From assembly GCA_004764695.1 (NCBI GenBank), contig SMSO01000034.1, forward strand, positions 4,790,461-4,854,460: DNA of 64,000 nt, written 5' to 3'. The notes under the pieces were generated by a model that was given only the letters and a program-made list of their open reading frames with translations, did not search any database and was not told the origin of the DNA. The position numbers and the translations under genes were made by a program. The DNA comes from Schizochytrium sp. TIO01. Lineage: Eukaryota > Protista > Bigyra: Labyrinthulomycetes. Below, one piece after another: positions 1 to 11,600 of this stretch. Position 1 is the stretch's first letter. Every line of letters starts with the position of its first letter.

Positions 1-992
1 CCCTCGCGCACGACCAATATCGGCGCAGACACAGGGAGCGAGCGAGCGAGGGGTCGGAGGGGTCTACCGCCGCCTTTTTGCTCGTGGCTGGCTGCTTTCA
101 AGGCTACTTATTATTAGATAGATTTATTCGTCATTATTCATTTATTTATTTGAATACTAGTACCACACTACATAGGTTTATAGTTAGTAACTTGTAGATA
201 CTACTCAATTAGTCACTTGATAGATCATTATTTTAAAATAGAATAGAATAGATGAACGACTCTATATAATAAAAGACTACAAATAGGCTTCATAGTAGTC
301 TTTTCTTTTTAATAATGTATCTATGGGAGAAGCGATAGAAGAGTAAGAAGGTCCGTCACTGAAAGATCTCCTCACGGGGAAAGTCAATTTTGAGCAGAGG
401 AAAGGTGCAGTGTCTTGAAGAAGGCAGGGATGCACAACAGTTCCTTTTTGATGATTTTTGGATCATGATGCTCGCCATCTATAGGTGATTGTGGGCTATG
501 AGGAGGGAGTATTCATGATGTGCCAGAAAGTAGATAAACATATGAATTGAATACTATAGTTTGGACGTTACAGGCTATTATGGCGTTCTACATCAAGTTC
601 TCTGTCTGCCAACTTTGCTCATAAATTGTGAGCAAAGCTGCTAGGTTCTGCAATATTCGATTCTGTGAAAAAAAAAAAAAAAATGAAAGAAGAAAGCTTA
701 GCTATTACCAACAAAAATGAAAATGCCAATTGTAGAGCAAAGTGTTCCTCCGACACAATAGCAAGCCTATATCCCATGTAATCAATATCAAACCTATATC
801 CCATGTAATCACCCCTGGGATTTGAAATATGCTGAAGATTTGAGACAATTGTGCTGGCAAATACAATGTTGTTAGGTGTGAATTTAGAAAAGACATGTAC
901 CTTGTTAAGAAATTATTATCCTTCAACGCTTATTAATAAATTAAAGTAGGAATTTCAAAATAGAACCTTATCGACTACGATACATCAATGGG

Positions 993-2816
993 TTACGTAG
1001 AGGCTCCATTGAGGTCTAGCATGCCCCGGCCAAGAGCTTGGAGCCCTTCGCGAAGGTAAATCCAACGACCATGAAATTTCCAAGCTTCGGGAGACGTCTT
1101 TAACATGGACATGACTACTTCTCGCGAGAGGAAGACCATCTCTGTATATGTGAGGAACCCTACACTAGTTAGAGGAACACGAGCTGGGTGAGTACTTTCA
1201 AGAAGGACCTGTCCTGCCCCGATCGTCGAATCAGTTGTGAGGGTACGCAGAGCAGACACACGACGCCCTGTGCTGTCATAATGTGCTCGAAGTGCAGACC
1301 CAAGTCTCATGATATAAATTCCACGCTCCAAATCAGATGTCTGAGAGCTATAGATACATAACGATTCGCCAGGCGAGAAATCAACAAGTTGACAAGAGGT
1401 GGCCGCCTCCATCAAGGCCGAAAGATGCATGTACTCACGTCTTAGGTATGGGACCACACAAATACTATCTTCCATTAGCGCCAAAGCAGCACCCGCGCGC
1501 AGCTCGGGTGGCAGCATTCCAAGGATTGAGTATGTTTCATCCATTGTACTTCGTGACGAATCATGGCTTCCGTTCCCTCGGAGACTTTTAATACGAATAT
1601 AATCACGAATTCGTTCGGCGAGAGCTGAGTTTTTATCCCATTTTGTTTCCTCTGTAGTTAATACCTTGTTCATATGAGCCCCCAAGCTACCCGCTGGTAG
1701 TATGCTTCGACGTTTTTGAGGGAAATGCGAAATAAGGTGATTTGCGGCATCCATCCTTGTTCGAAAAGCTTCATCCTCAGCCTGAAGCGAAGCCGCAATA
1801 TTAACAGTACTACCAACTACGTAAGCCCAGCAAAGTCCTGCAAGTAGCATTAGAATGGAAGCAATCCACCATTCCACTGGTGTATATGGTGATAAGGTAC
1901 CGTATCCAATACTTGTGAGCGTCTGAATTGACCAAAAGAGTGCCAATACGTATCGATCAAAACTGTTCTCCCAGCCGATTGGATTAATACCAGACGTATT
2001 GTTGGCATCCCAGCTGCTAATCCAATTGTCTGAGTTCCCGAGGGCATCACCAAAGCCTCCTGCCTCGCAAAGTGCCACAAAGACCCAGAAGCAAGCTAGC
2101 CAGTGGCTGACCAAGGTCAAAACAAAGAGAAACCACAACAGTTGCAGGTAGCTCGATTTAATTCGGGAACGGATGTTCATGGCTAGCTCTGAGTGTTTCA
2201 AGATATCGTTCGCACGTGCCAAACGAGCAAACTTGAGGACCTCAATTATCTTTAGTAAGATCAACCACTCCTGACCCATTTCGGTGACCATAGAAAGATC
2301 TGTGATATGCCGCGTATAAACCGTAAATATTAGCGTGCTTGGGAAGCATGAGATAAGATTGAGTAGAAACTTGCCTCGAAGATAACGTCGCTGAATTTGG
2401 CGCAGGTCAAGCTGTAGGTGACCTCGCTTGTCATAAAATGACCTGAAAAAGTAAAGAAAGGTATCGACGAAAAAAATACCATTCATAAAAAGTGTCACTG
2501 CAAACCACGCGTCGTTTACGATTAAGTAATAGCCTCCACTTACACCGATTTGATAAGGTAAGGAGAAGGACAGAATGAATAGAGCCCAAAGCATGAGTCC
2601 ATCCCACCAACGTATCCACTTATTTGTGGGGAAAATTATCCATTTAGGATGCTTTGCCTCAAACTGTTTCCTTGTGCGTTCTACAATCACCTGTGCATTA
2701 CTTCTGTGACCTCTCTCTAGGCTGTCGGTGTTGTCATTCACAACATATTTACCGGACGTCAGCTCTGTTTCTTCGTCGACTTGGCCATCGTCCTTGTCCC
2801 CGTCCCGTGCCGCCAT
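993..2816 (-). CDS. Voltage-gated/cyclic-nucleotide-regulated K+ channel (KCNH/CNG-like)
   Basis: Six hydrophobic segments, a basic S4-like stretch (LKFARLARA) and the pore motif TLTSIGYG, followed by a degenerate C-terminal CNBD-like region. First ATG is at 2816 (the ORF track starts at GTG 2828). Confidence 0.85.
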   Translation of the reverse strand: MAARDGDKDDGQVDEETELTSGKYVVNDNTDSLERGHRSNAQVIVERTRKQFEAKHPKWIIFPTNKWIRWWDGLMLWALFILSFSLPYQIGVSGGYYLIVNDAWFAVTLFMNGIFFVDTFLYFFRSFYDKRGHLQLDLRQIQRRYLRGKFLLNLISCFPSTLIFTVYTRHITDLSMVTEMGQEWLILLKIIEVLKFARLARANDILKHSELAMNIRSRIKSSYLQLLWFLFVLTLVSHWLACFWVFVALCEAGGFGDALGNSDNWISSWDANNTSGINPIGWENSFDRYVLALFWSIQTLTSIGYGTLSPYTPVEWWIASILMLLAGLCWAYVVGSTVNIAASLQAEDEAFRTRMDAANHLISHFPQKRRSILPAGSLGAHMNKVLTTEETKWDKNSALAERIRDYIRIKSLRGNGSHDSSRSTMDETYSILGMLPPELRAGAALALMEDSICVVPYLRREYMHLSALMEAATSCQLVDFSPGESLCIYSSQTSDLERGIYIMRLGSALRAHYDSTGRRVSALRTLTTDSTIGAGQVLLESTHPARVPLTSVGFLTYTEMVFLSREVVMSMLKTSPEAWKFHGRWIYLREGLQALGRGMLDLNGAST

Positions 2817-3527
2817 TCTCAACAGCACTCAAGAAGTGCGCTATCTACGTGCGCGCACGCTTTACAACGCAAACCCGTGGGAAGTGGCTATAAGCCTCCA
2901 CTGTCAGGAATAATCTTTTGCCGTTTGCGTTGAAGCAGTTCCTCAAATTGGTTTCGTGACTGATACGAAGCTAGATTGATCTGGTGTCCCTGCAGGTGCA
3001 TGTTGGGGATACTGGTAGTTCTACTAGCATCAATTATAAGCACACAAAAAAGAATCTCAAATTGTATGTATGTAGGTGCCTAGTAAATAGGTAAATTAGG
3101 AAACTAAGTGAATTAAGTAGGTATGTTTTTTGTTTGTTTTTTCAGTGATGAAAGGTTCCAACTAGTAAATGTCTACCTACGATTCTCAACAGGCAGAGGC
3201 CACACTTGCTAATCCTTTTACTTGGGTCAAAACTCAAGTCAAAGCCTTCTTTTAATACCGCACGCAAATAACAACATCAACATCACACTTTAACGAAAAT
3301 AGAGAAAAGAGAACATAATTATAGTCATTCATTGCAACATGCAGGAACGTACTCTCGAAGCAGCGGGCCATGGCAGCAAAGGATGCAGATTTGTTTGATG
3401 AATAAATGAGACAAACTATATGTTGTGAAGAGGTGGGAATGGACTGTTAGATCTTTGGTTCATTTTGCTTTGTTTTTGTCGAATGATTTTGTACGGTTGG
3501 TTGGTTGATTAGAGAGACAGAGTAACT

Positions 3528-4739
3528 TTATCGACGGCCGCGGCCACGACCGCGCTTAACACCACGACCACGTTGAGCACCGGCCTTGCGCTTGAATCCA
3601 ACTGCAGCAGAATTTGCAGAACCCTCCTTGGGTTTGAAGAAACTTTCAAGACGAGACTGAGAAGTTTGCGACTTGCTCTTTTCGAGGCGCTCCAGTGCGG
3701 CCTTGACGCGCTTTTCATCAAAACCCTTCTCATCCACAAGAAACTTGAGAAGCTTGTCCTTTTGCACAGAGTCAAACTTGAATTCGACAGTGTTGCCGTC
3801 GGTGACATCAGGGGTTTTAAACATGCCGCGAATCTGGTCAAGGTTATCCTTGAGCGAGCTCGGAATGTCGTACTTTCCTTCCTTTTCGATTGCCTCCAAA
3901 GCCTTATCAAGAGATTTGTGATCACGAATGTACTTGAGTGCCTTCTTGGGGCCGATTCCTTTAATGTTGGAGCAGTAATCACAACCGCACAGGATACACA
4001 GGTCGATAAACTGGTCCATGTCAAGCTCCAGCTGGGCCAATACTTTGTCAAGGTGCACTTCCACAACTGGCTGATTCTGAGAGTCCGGAAGAGTCAAGCG
4101 ACGGAGCAGAATGGGTGCGCCAAAGGTAAGTGCATCCATATCTTCAGTTGCAGCCGCGAACACCTTGCCCTTTGCAGCAAGCTCTGCGCACTGGGCCTCA
4201 GCTTCACCTGGGGCCAGAATCACTGGGAGGCCCATAAGGCGTAAAAGCTTTTGCACATCTGTGTTGTGTTCACGCGTTACACGGGTGGTGCGTTTAGATG
4301 CCTTTTCGATTTCGAGTTGCGCAGCCTCGAGCTCTTCTTTGGTCTTGTCCTGCTCAGTGGCATCAGCGTGAGCAGCTTGGGCTTTGGCAAGGTCCGCTTC
4401 TGCCTTGGCCTTTAACTCTTTTCGTTTGGCAATTTCGTCGCTCTTAAGCTCGGGGGCCTTGCCGTCAAAAACGAAAACCGGCTTCAGACCCTTTTGTAAA
4501 AGGTTGATGGTGCGGTAAAAGAAACCATTGATGTGCGAGGTCACCTCACCAGCTTCGTTCATAAGATGCTGGGCAGGAGCACCTCCTTGACCTGCAGTTC
4601 GAACCATCACTAAAAAGGCATACATTTGCATAGAGGCGTCGATTGCCACGGTGCGGCCCATGTAGTTGGCCTTTTCAGCCTCCTTGTAGCACCCTGGTGC
4701 CTCCTCATCGAGCAGCTTCATGAGTTGCTTGATGCCCAT
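3528..4739 (-). CDS. FEN1: Flap endonuclease 1
   Basis: Canonical start MGIKQL (ATG 4739), AIDASM, PVFVFDG, APGEAEAQCA, ATEDMDALTFG, GCDYC..IKGIGPK, PIP box QSRLESFF and a basic tail. Confidence 0.97.
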   Translation of the reverse strand: MGIKQLMKLLDEEAPGCYKEAEKANYMGRTVAIDASMQMYAFLVMVRTAGQGGAPAQHLMNEAGEVTSHINGFFYRTINLLQKGLKPVFVFDGKAPELKSDEIAKRKELKAKAEADLAKAQAAHADATEQDKTKEELEAAQLEIEKASKRTTRVTREHNTDVQKLLRLMGLPVILAPGEAEAQCAELAAKGKVFAAATEDMDALTFGAPILLRRLTLPDSQNQPVVEVHLDKVLAQLELDMDQFIDLCILCGCDYCSNIKGIGPKKALKYIRDHKSLDKALEAIEKEGKYDIPSSLKDNLDQIRGMFKTPDVTDGNTVEFKFDSVQKDKLLKFLVDEKGFDEKRVKAALERLEKSKSQTSQSRLESFFKPKEGSANSAAVGFKRKAGAQRGRGVKRGRGRGRR

Positions 4740-5252
4740 CTTGCCCTTCCCACTCAGAAAACAGTACCTCCAGCTGCTGCTTTTCTCTATCAACTCTATC
4801 CACGTCAACTTTCGTTCTCACGTTTTCTCAAGAAACCTCTCTTGACGTTGAGTTACGCAACTGCACAGCACTCATAGCTCCAGCGTCGAAAGGACTTCTT
4901 CTCTGATGATAGGCTAGTTTGAAGAAGAATCAATGTGGTGGTTATGTTTTCTATTTGGTAGATAGTATTCTGGTAGAGCGATATTTGTCATATATCTCTT
5001 GATTTTCTTCTACTAGTCAAAGTTACTTTCTGCAACAACATCGAGAATATCCATTACCAACTACCTCTATGGTATAATATTAGTATGATATTATTAATAG
5101 TATATATTGTACCTAGTCGTTCTTTCCAATGATCACCGGAATCCCGTTGCTCTCTTATCCAAGCAGACTCGAGCGCGGGTGCCCGTCGCCGGTGTTTGCA
5201 TACCTCTTCGGCGCTAAGCTGAGGTCGCGTGTTGTGCCGTTCTTTACGGACG

Positions 5253-5376
5253 ATGCCTGGGTCCCCAAAGCGGCGCGTGAGCACGCACGAGCACATGAAT
5301 CCCGACGCCATGGTGACTTCGACACCAGCGATGGCAACAAGTGCACCTGGCATGGCGGAGACATCTGGCGGTCGCA

Positions 5377-5408
<32 letters not shown>

Positions 5409-6113
5409 AGTAGCGATGTACCTGCCGGTGTGGATACCTTGGCTATTCAGGAACTAGCAGCTGCGATGGAATTAGCACGGCCTTACTTCGAGCGCGTGGA
5501 AACGAAGCTTGTATTACGCAGACTTGTGCACTCCATGGTGCCCATGCACCGTGCCACTGTAGCTCTCATTGCTGACCCAGACCTCTTTGGTCCACTCATG
5601 ATTGTTGCAACCGAGGCTCTGCTCTTGCAAACTGCAGGTTTTTCTCTTCTCGCTGGTATCTTGATTGCAGTCTTTTACTGGATTGGTCTTTCAGGAGGTC
5701 TCTACATTGCTCTTAAAAGGATTCTTCACGAGTTTAGTCCAATCGCAATCTCAGCTGACGGTGGTTCACCTCTAAGTCATGACGAAGAAACAGGTTTTGG
5801 GAGCGAAGATGAAGGGATAGGAGCGACGCGACAAATCTATCAGAGACCTCTGCGGCTGGACCAACTTCTCTGTGTTTGTGGGTATGGAAGTTTTGCCCAT
5901 TGCCTTCTGCTAGGGCTAACGTCGGCAGGAAGTGGAATGTTTATGATCTTGTGTAAACTTTGTGTGCTTCTTTCGAGCAGCGCATGTGTAGCCCTGGTGG
6001 TGTTTCGCAGCTTGTCGGTCTTGACGAATAACCAAGTTGCAGCCCTTGTTGGAGTTGCCGTCATCCTAATGCACGGACTTATATGGCCAATAGGTGTCGG
6101 ACGCTTCCCGTGA
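5253..6113 (+). CDS. Yip1-domain Golgi membrane protein (YIPF-like)
   Basis: DPDLFGPL motif, a CVCGYGSF segment and several C-terminal TM helices. Start codon uncertain (first ATG 5253). Confidence 0.7.
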
Positions 6114-6780
6114 ACTAGCCTGCAATTAGCCTTGGCTCGCGAAATATGACTGGTGAACCTTCTTAGAGGTCATGTATGTCTTTGTATTGATAAACAGCTA
6201 CGCGAAAATGTCCTTGTACTTTTCTTCATTTGATCGAATATATTTGTTTTACAATTTTTCAGAATTATCCACTTGCTTCTCATAGATTTAATGTGTCTTT
6301 TTGTTAAAGTCTAGGTATAGTGATGTGGCATTTTGTATCTGATAGAATAATGAAGAAAGTATATTTTTCTTGAGTCCCTTGTTTTTTGTTTGACAAAGCC
6401 GACTCAAAGCAACTATGTAAATACTCGTGTTTTCTGGACTTCAATTATAGTTAGTCTCTATTGGAGATAGCGTGCAGGATGGATACGGCCGTGCAAAGCG
6501 AAACGCACGGGGTGTTGTAAAACACCTTCGTGAAGTGAAATCCGCTTATTGGTCAAATATCCCATTTACTCAAAATAAAAGACATTAGCAAAGAAAAATT
6601 TAACTTGAAGTTCACATCAATTTCTCACAAGAAAATCTTCGGAGTGCGCAAACAATTACAGCTCATGGAAAGACTTAAGTCAATCTGGAACTGCAATGGA
6701 ATTATTGCAAGTCCAAGCATAAAAGAGTGAAAAAAAAAGATGCTATACAAAGCGACCTAGGGATCCAGACATCCCCAATT

Positions 6781-6885
6781 CGTGCGACGAGGAATTGAAC
6801 CTCGAGACCTCGTTTGAACGATTGCTTAATGTCGAACCCTTTACGGGATTCATGAGAACGAGGCGCTGACCTTCAGCACCGCACG
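6781..6885 (-). ncRNA. tRNA-like element copy 1 (non-canonical; insertion in anticodon arm)
   Basis: Acceptor CGTGCGG/TCGCACG, D stem GCTG/CAGC, anticodon stem CCTCG/CGAGG and T arm CGAGG-TTCAATT-CCTCG, with a downstream T-run. Confidence 0.7.
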
Positions 6886-7109
6886 TGATTCTTCTGAGTA
6901 GCAGACCACTTATAAACCTCAGCAATTACACGTACATAATATCTCAATAATAAACAAACTTCCTGCACTTTGAAGAGTGGTTAGGAACTGTTTGAGAACT
7001 CAAAAAGAGTGAACCCGGAACTTCAATGGAATTGTTGCAAATCTAAGCATGAAAGAAGAAAAAAAAAGATGCTATACAAAGCGACCTAGAGATCCAGACA
7101 TCCCCAATT

Positions 7110-7214
7110 CGTGCGACGAGGAATTGAACCTCGAGACCTCGTTTGAACGATTGCTTAGTGTCGAACCCTTAACGGGATCCATGAGAACGAGGCGCTGACC
7201 TTCAGCACCGCACG
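7110..7214 (-). ncRNA. tRNA-like element copy 2
   Basis: Same cloverleaf as 6781-6885; differences are confined to the insert. Confidence 0.7.
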
Positions 7215-7439
7215 TGATTCTTCTGAGGAGCAGACCACTTATAAACCTCAGCAATTACACGTACATAATATCTCAATAATAAACAAACTTCCTGCACTTT
7301 GAAGAGTGGTTAGGAACTGTTTGAGAACTCAAAAAGAGTGAACCCGGAACTGCAATGGAATTGTTGCAAATCTAAGCATGAAAGAAGAAAAAAAAAAGAT
7401 GCTATACAAAGCGACCTAGAGATCCAGACATCCCCAATT

Positions 7440-7544
7440 CGTGCGACGAGGAATTGAACCTCGAGACCTCGTTTGAACGATTGCTTAGTGTCGAACCCTT
7501 AACGGGATCCATGAGAACGAGGCGCTGACCTTCAGCACCGCACG
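7440..7544 (-). ncRNA. tRNA-like element copy 3
   Basis: Identical by eye to copy 2. Confidence 0.7.
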
Positions 7545-8043
7545 TGATTCTTCTGAGTAGCAGACCTCTTATAAACCTCAGCGCGACTTCCGTACCAAAG
7601 TTCGTTTGATCCGAAGCAAGTTCCCCAAACGATCTTCATTGGGTCCAAGTAGGTTCTAGGTACGTTCTAAGAACCAAACCTACCAGTTCCAAAAGGAAAT
7701 CTCTCTGGTCTGGATCGAAGTTCATTAGATACAAGTGCTACTAATACTTACTTACATGAGTTATCTTTTAAAAATAATTTTAAAATATTAAAAAGAAAAA
7801 GAAAAAGATATTTAAATATGCACGGTACGTAGGTACATATTTCTTTAAAAGATTAAAGTAAGCACAAGAAATACAAAGTACACTCCACCAGCTGGAGCAC
7901 GATTTCTTGCGCGAGTTGTTTGTTTGTTTCTTTCTCTACGCTCGACAGGCGCCAAGTCCAGCGAAGCGGGGACAATTCACACGCAATCGAAGCTCAATAG
8001 ATTGAAAAAGAGAGTGCGGACCGCTGCAACAGCTGTCCGCCTA

Positions 8044-8132
8044 CACGCGACGAGGACTTGAACCTCGGAATCCCGATAGATTAATCCAAGTTTTAAATGA
8101 GAAATCGGGACGCTATCCTTTAGCACCGCGCG
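8044..8132 (-). ncRNA. Diverged tRNA-like element copy 4
   Basis: Acceptor CGCGCGG/TCGCGTG, D stem GCTA/TAGC, stem TCCCGAT/ATCGGGA and T arm CGAGG-TTCAAGT-CCTCG. Changes relative to copies 1-3 are compensatory. Confidence 0.7.
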
Positions 8133-8673
8133 TTACCGCTATCAAGAAATCACACGTCGACCTTCGCGGGAATCGATCCTAAGACTTCGCTCGCGAGAGA
8201 CCCAAAGCGCAGTTATACTGAAGAAGTTCATGACCTGCCAGTATAAGGAATGCTGCGCGTCGCGGTTTTATATGGCGGGGTCCGCGGAAGTACGGTATCT
8301 GAGGAAATTGGACGGAGGGAAAGAAGGCGGAACCGCGAGCGAAAGATATTGGAGAGCGCTGCGAACGGCTGCAGAGGATGCGGCCGTGGACTGAGTAGCT
8401 GATGGTGACGAGTCTGCGCATCGTTGTGCCGTAGTTGGATTGAGGAGGTCCTCGGAACGTTCAAGGAAAGTAAAAAATGAAAGCAAAAATTAGAGGATTT
8501 TGAACTTCAAAATTGACGTCGCGAGGTGAAACCAAACCGCTTTCCTTCTTCAGCTTCTTGGACCTTGTGCAAGGGAGAGGCGTCGCTGGGCCAGCAAATC
8601 TGAAACTCGGTTCAAGAGTTGGTTGCGAGAACAGACAGGGTGGGGCGCGGTTCTCAACAGGGAAGACGGGAAG

Positions 8674-11600
8674 ATGGCACAGGCTGGCGAGCCCACGAAG
8701 GTGGGGGTGCTGGGGCTGCTCGGTGGCTTCTCTGGAGATGAGGAGAAGCGCGAATGTCTAGAGGCACTCTTTAAGGACGGCCGGCTGCCCAGCGCTGAGG
8801 AAGTTATGAAGGCGGTGCAGAATTTGCCTCACAAGACTCGCGTGAGCCTGTTGGCGATACAAATCCGCGATGCCAAAGCACAAGGACGTGAGCTAGACGG
8901 CCTAGCCGACCTTGTGTACAGCCTCCTCACAATGCAAGATTCAAGCATATCAAGTGCAAACGAGAGCGACAACGCTGGCAATGATTCCCAACGATGATTC
9001 TATGGAAGAGGCGTCAGTGTCACCACTCACGGATAACGAGTTTGTGCGTGTTCTTTATGCAGACGCCAACCCAGTGCGTATGACGAATCGGCAAGATCTA
9101 GCTGAGATTGCCCTCACTGTGGCACCCCAACTTGGCAGACGGGGAGCCGATATGCTCTTGTACGCCGTGGCAGAGGCTAGCGTCTCAATGCAGGCTCTGG
9201 CGATGCGTGGAGCGGTAAAGTGCAAGGATGTCTTGGACGAGGAATTGGTGATGCTGGTAAGCTCTGCGCGTACTGCTCAAGAGATGCGCACCCGCACAGA
9301 GCAAGTTCTGCGTGGCAGACCCTCTACGGGAGTGGCTGACGCTCTCTTTGAGAATTTGAGGTATCCAGAGCCCACCCTTGCCTTCAATGTAGTTATGCCC
9401 AACTGCAGCGCCGGGCTGGTCATAAAACTGGTACGGGAGTCGCTAGACAAAGTCCTCGTAGGTTTGCCTCTGACCTCGGAACCATCCAGGCCTCTGCTTA
9501 ATCATCTTCCAATGAAAAGGCTCTGGAACCGCTATAGTGACTCACTACTTCAAGCTTATGAGACTTATCTGCAGGCTGCAAAGGCAAAGGGGGGAGCGCA
9601 TGCCCTGGTTGGCGTTGGCCAGATTCACCTGATGTGGGCCTCTGTAGTGCAATCTTGGCAAGGTGTTCCGCGTGCTGGGAGTACCCGTCTTTTGCGTCTC
9701 ATTATGGCATATCCGCCCTTTGCATTTCAAAATAACTCACCCGCACACCAGGGTGACCTCTTGAAACAAATAACACAACATGATGTGAATGAGCTTACTG
9801 AGAACGTTCTTCAGCTGAAACTGCCTAACTGGTTCACCGCGAACAGCCCCATTCTATCTTCGCTAAGCTTTCAGCAAGTTGTGGATGTCTACCTAGGATG
9901 CTTCCAGACTCCCTTGGCTAAAACTGATCCTGCATCCAGTCTTCCTGTGATTGTGAGTTCGCTGAAATGGGCTCCCGTTGCAGGTACACTCGGCAAACAC
10001 TTGCATGTCCGCCTGAACAGGAAACTTGCTCGAGACATTCGCTTTGCCTCAAGTAAGGGGAAAACAGAAGCTTTGCAAAAGCTTATCACTTGGTATGTGG
10101 CACAAATCACAAAACTTATTCAAAGTGAAGACAATGTTACGCTTGGCACAAACAACGAGACCTCCCCGCTAGTATGGGACTTCACACTTTGCCAGGTATT
10201 ACCCGAACCTGGGGAAACATGCCGCCAGGGTCAACTTCAGCGCGAGGCAACACTATTCAGTCGGGCTCGGGCCCGCTTTGATGAGCATATTTCAGGCTTG
10301 AATGAGCACATTGGAAAAGGAATATTCGGTGCTTTCGAGATAGACAATTCAAACTTTTCAAGTAAGCTCGGTAAAACCATGTGTGATGCACGTTTCGATG
10401 CAATTATCCACTTTGCAGAACAACTTTTGCTACGTGCTGACCAGGGCAATGCCGCAACGGAAAAGGACAAGACAAAGAAGGTTATGCTTGTTGGATTTGC
10501 AAAGAGCTTGTTTCTCTACGCTAGCGCCCTGGTGCATCACGTTCAGGACATAAGCAGGTACCTTACGCTTCTTCGTGCTATGGTCTCCAAATGGCTCCCC
10601 ATTCATGAAGCTCTGTCAAGTGTGACTGCAACAAATGCAGCTTACGAAAGTTCGTATGGCTATAGAAATCGTCATAGATATGAGCCTATTCAATTTTCAG
10701 AGTCAACTTTTATACTAGAACTCTGTCGTGCCTTGAAATATGGCAAGGAGGGAAACCAGTGGAAACAGATTATGAAAGTTGTATTGGATGGGTGCGTTAA
10801 ATCACACCTTGAAAGACTCGAATTTATGCTCCAGCCGCATATATTAGACCGCGTCAGTAGTGTCTTTGAGTGCCTAAATTCAATTGACAATGATCTCACT
10901 AGTCTCCTTAATAACCCTGAAGTTTCCGGAACTGATGGTTTTGCCTATTGGAAACATCTCATCGACGAGGTGGGAGAAAAGGGTCTTGCCATGATAGTAA
11001 ATCAGTGGCAAAAGTATGCACGACACTCTGCGTTTGAGTTCCCTCCGATGCCGGAGGATGCCGACAGCTCGATGATTTGGAGCTCTGAGGCACACAAACT
11101 TGTGAAAGCAAACTATGAGAAGTCCACATCTCTATCTCTACAAAGGGATATGCTTGCTCGGTGGGAAAGTATGGTAAGCACAATGTACGCGCCAATTGCA
11201 CAGTCCAAGACCTTTTCAAAACACAATGTTGATGAGATTTTCTGGAAGTATCGGCCACCCTGTAAGATCTCTCCTCAGATTTTTGGCAACCTCTTAGTCA
11301 AGATGCTGATAGTGGGCCCCGAGGGCGCCTCTAGCGACCGAGAGAGGCTATGCGAGATTGTTAAGGATCTAGCAAAGATTGTGTGTGAAACGTCCAACAC
11401 GGAAACATCGAACTCTTTGTCACGAATCTTGGCAACTCTTGTGAGATTTAGAGCGACAATCCCTATTGAAAAAGTATTTCCAGGCATTGGGGAAATCTTC
11501 GTGGAAGCTGTGACCTGTGATGAACATTTTCTCTTTTCATTTGTGACTTCGCAGTTGAACAGGTTACCAGGCTCTTCATCGAGTTCCATCGACTTTGTTG

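Larger units (their letters stand above)
6690..7583. repeat. ~330-bp tandem repeat, ~2.7 copies, each carrying a tRNA-like element
   Basis: Near-identical blocks recur with cores at 6781, 7110 and 7440 (period 329-330). Confidence 0.95.

Noticed and set aside
4740-4808. N-terminal extension of FEN1 in the ORF track
   Set aside because: Non-ATG start; the canonical FEN1 N-terminus MGIK begins at 4739.
6781-6885. tRNA-Sec interpretation (TCA triplet, long D hairpin)
   Set aside because: No long variable arm or 9/4 acceptor-T geometry, and TCA would not follow U33.
8160-8470. Telomerase RNA candidate
   Set aside because: Contains only one CCTAA; there is no ~1.5-repeat template for TTAGG.
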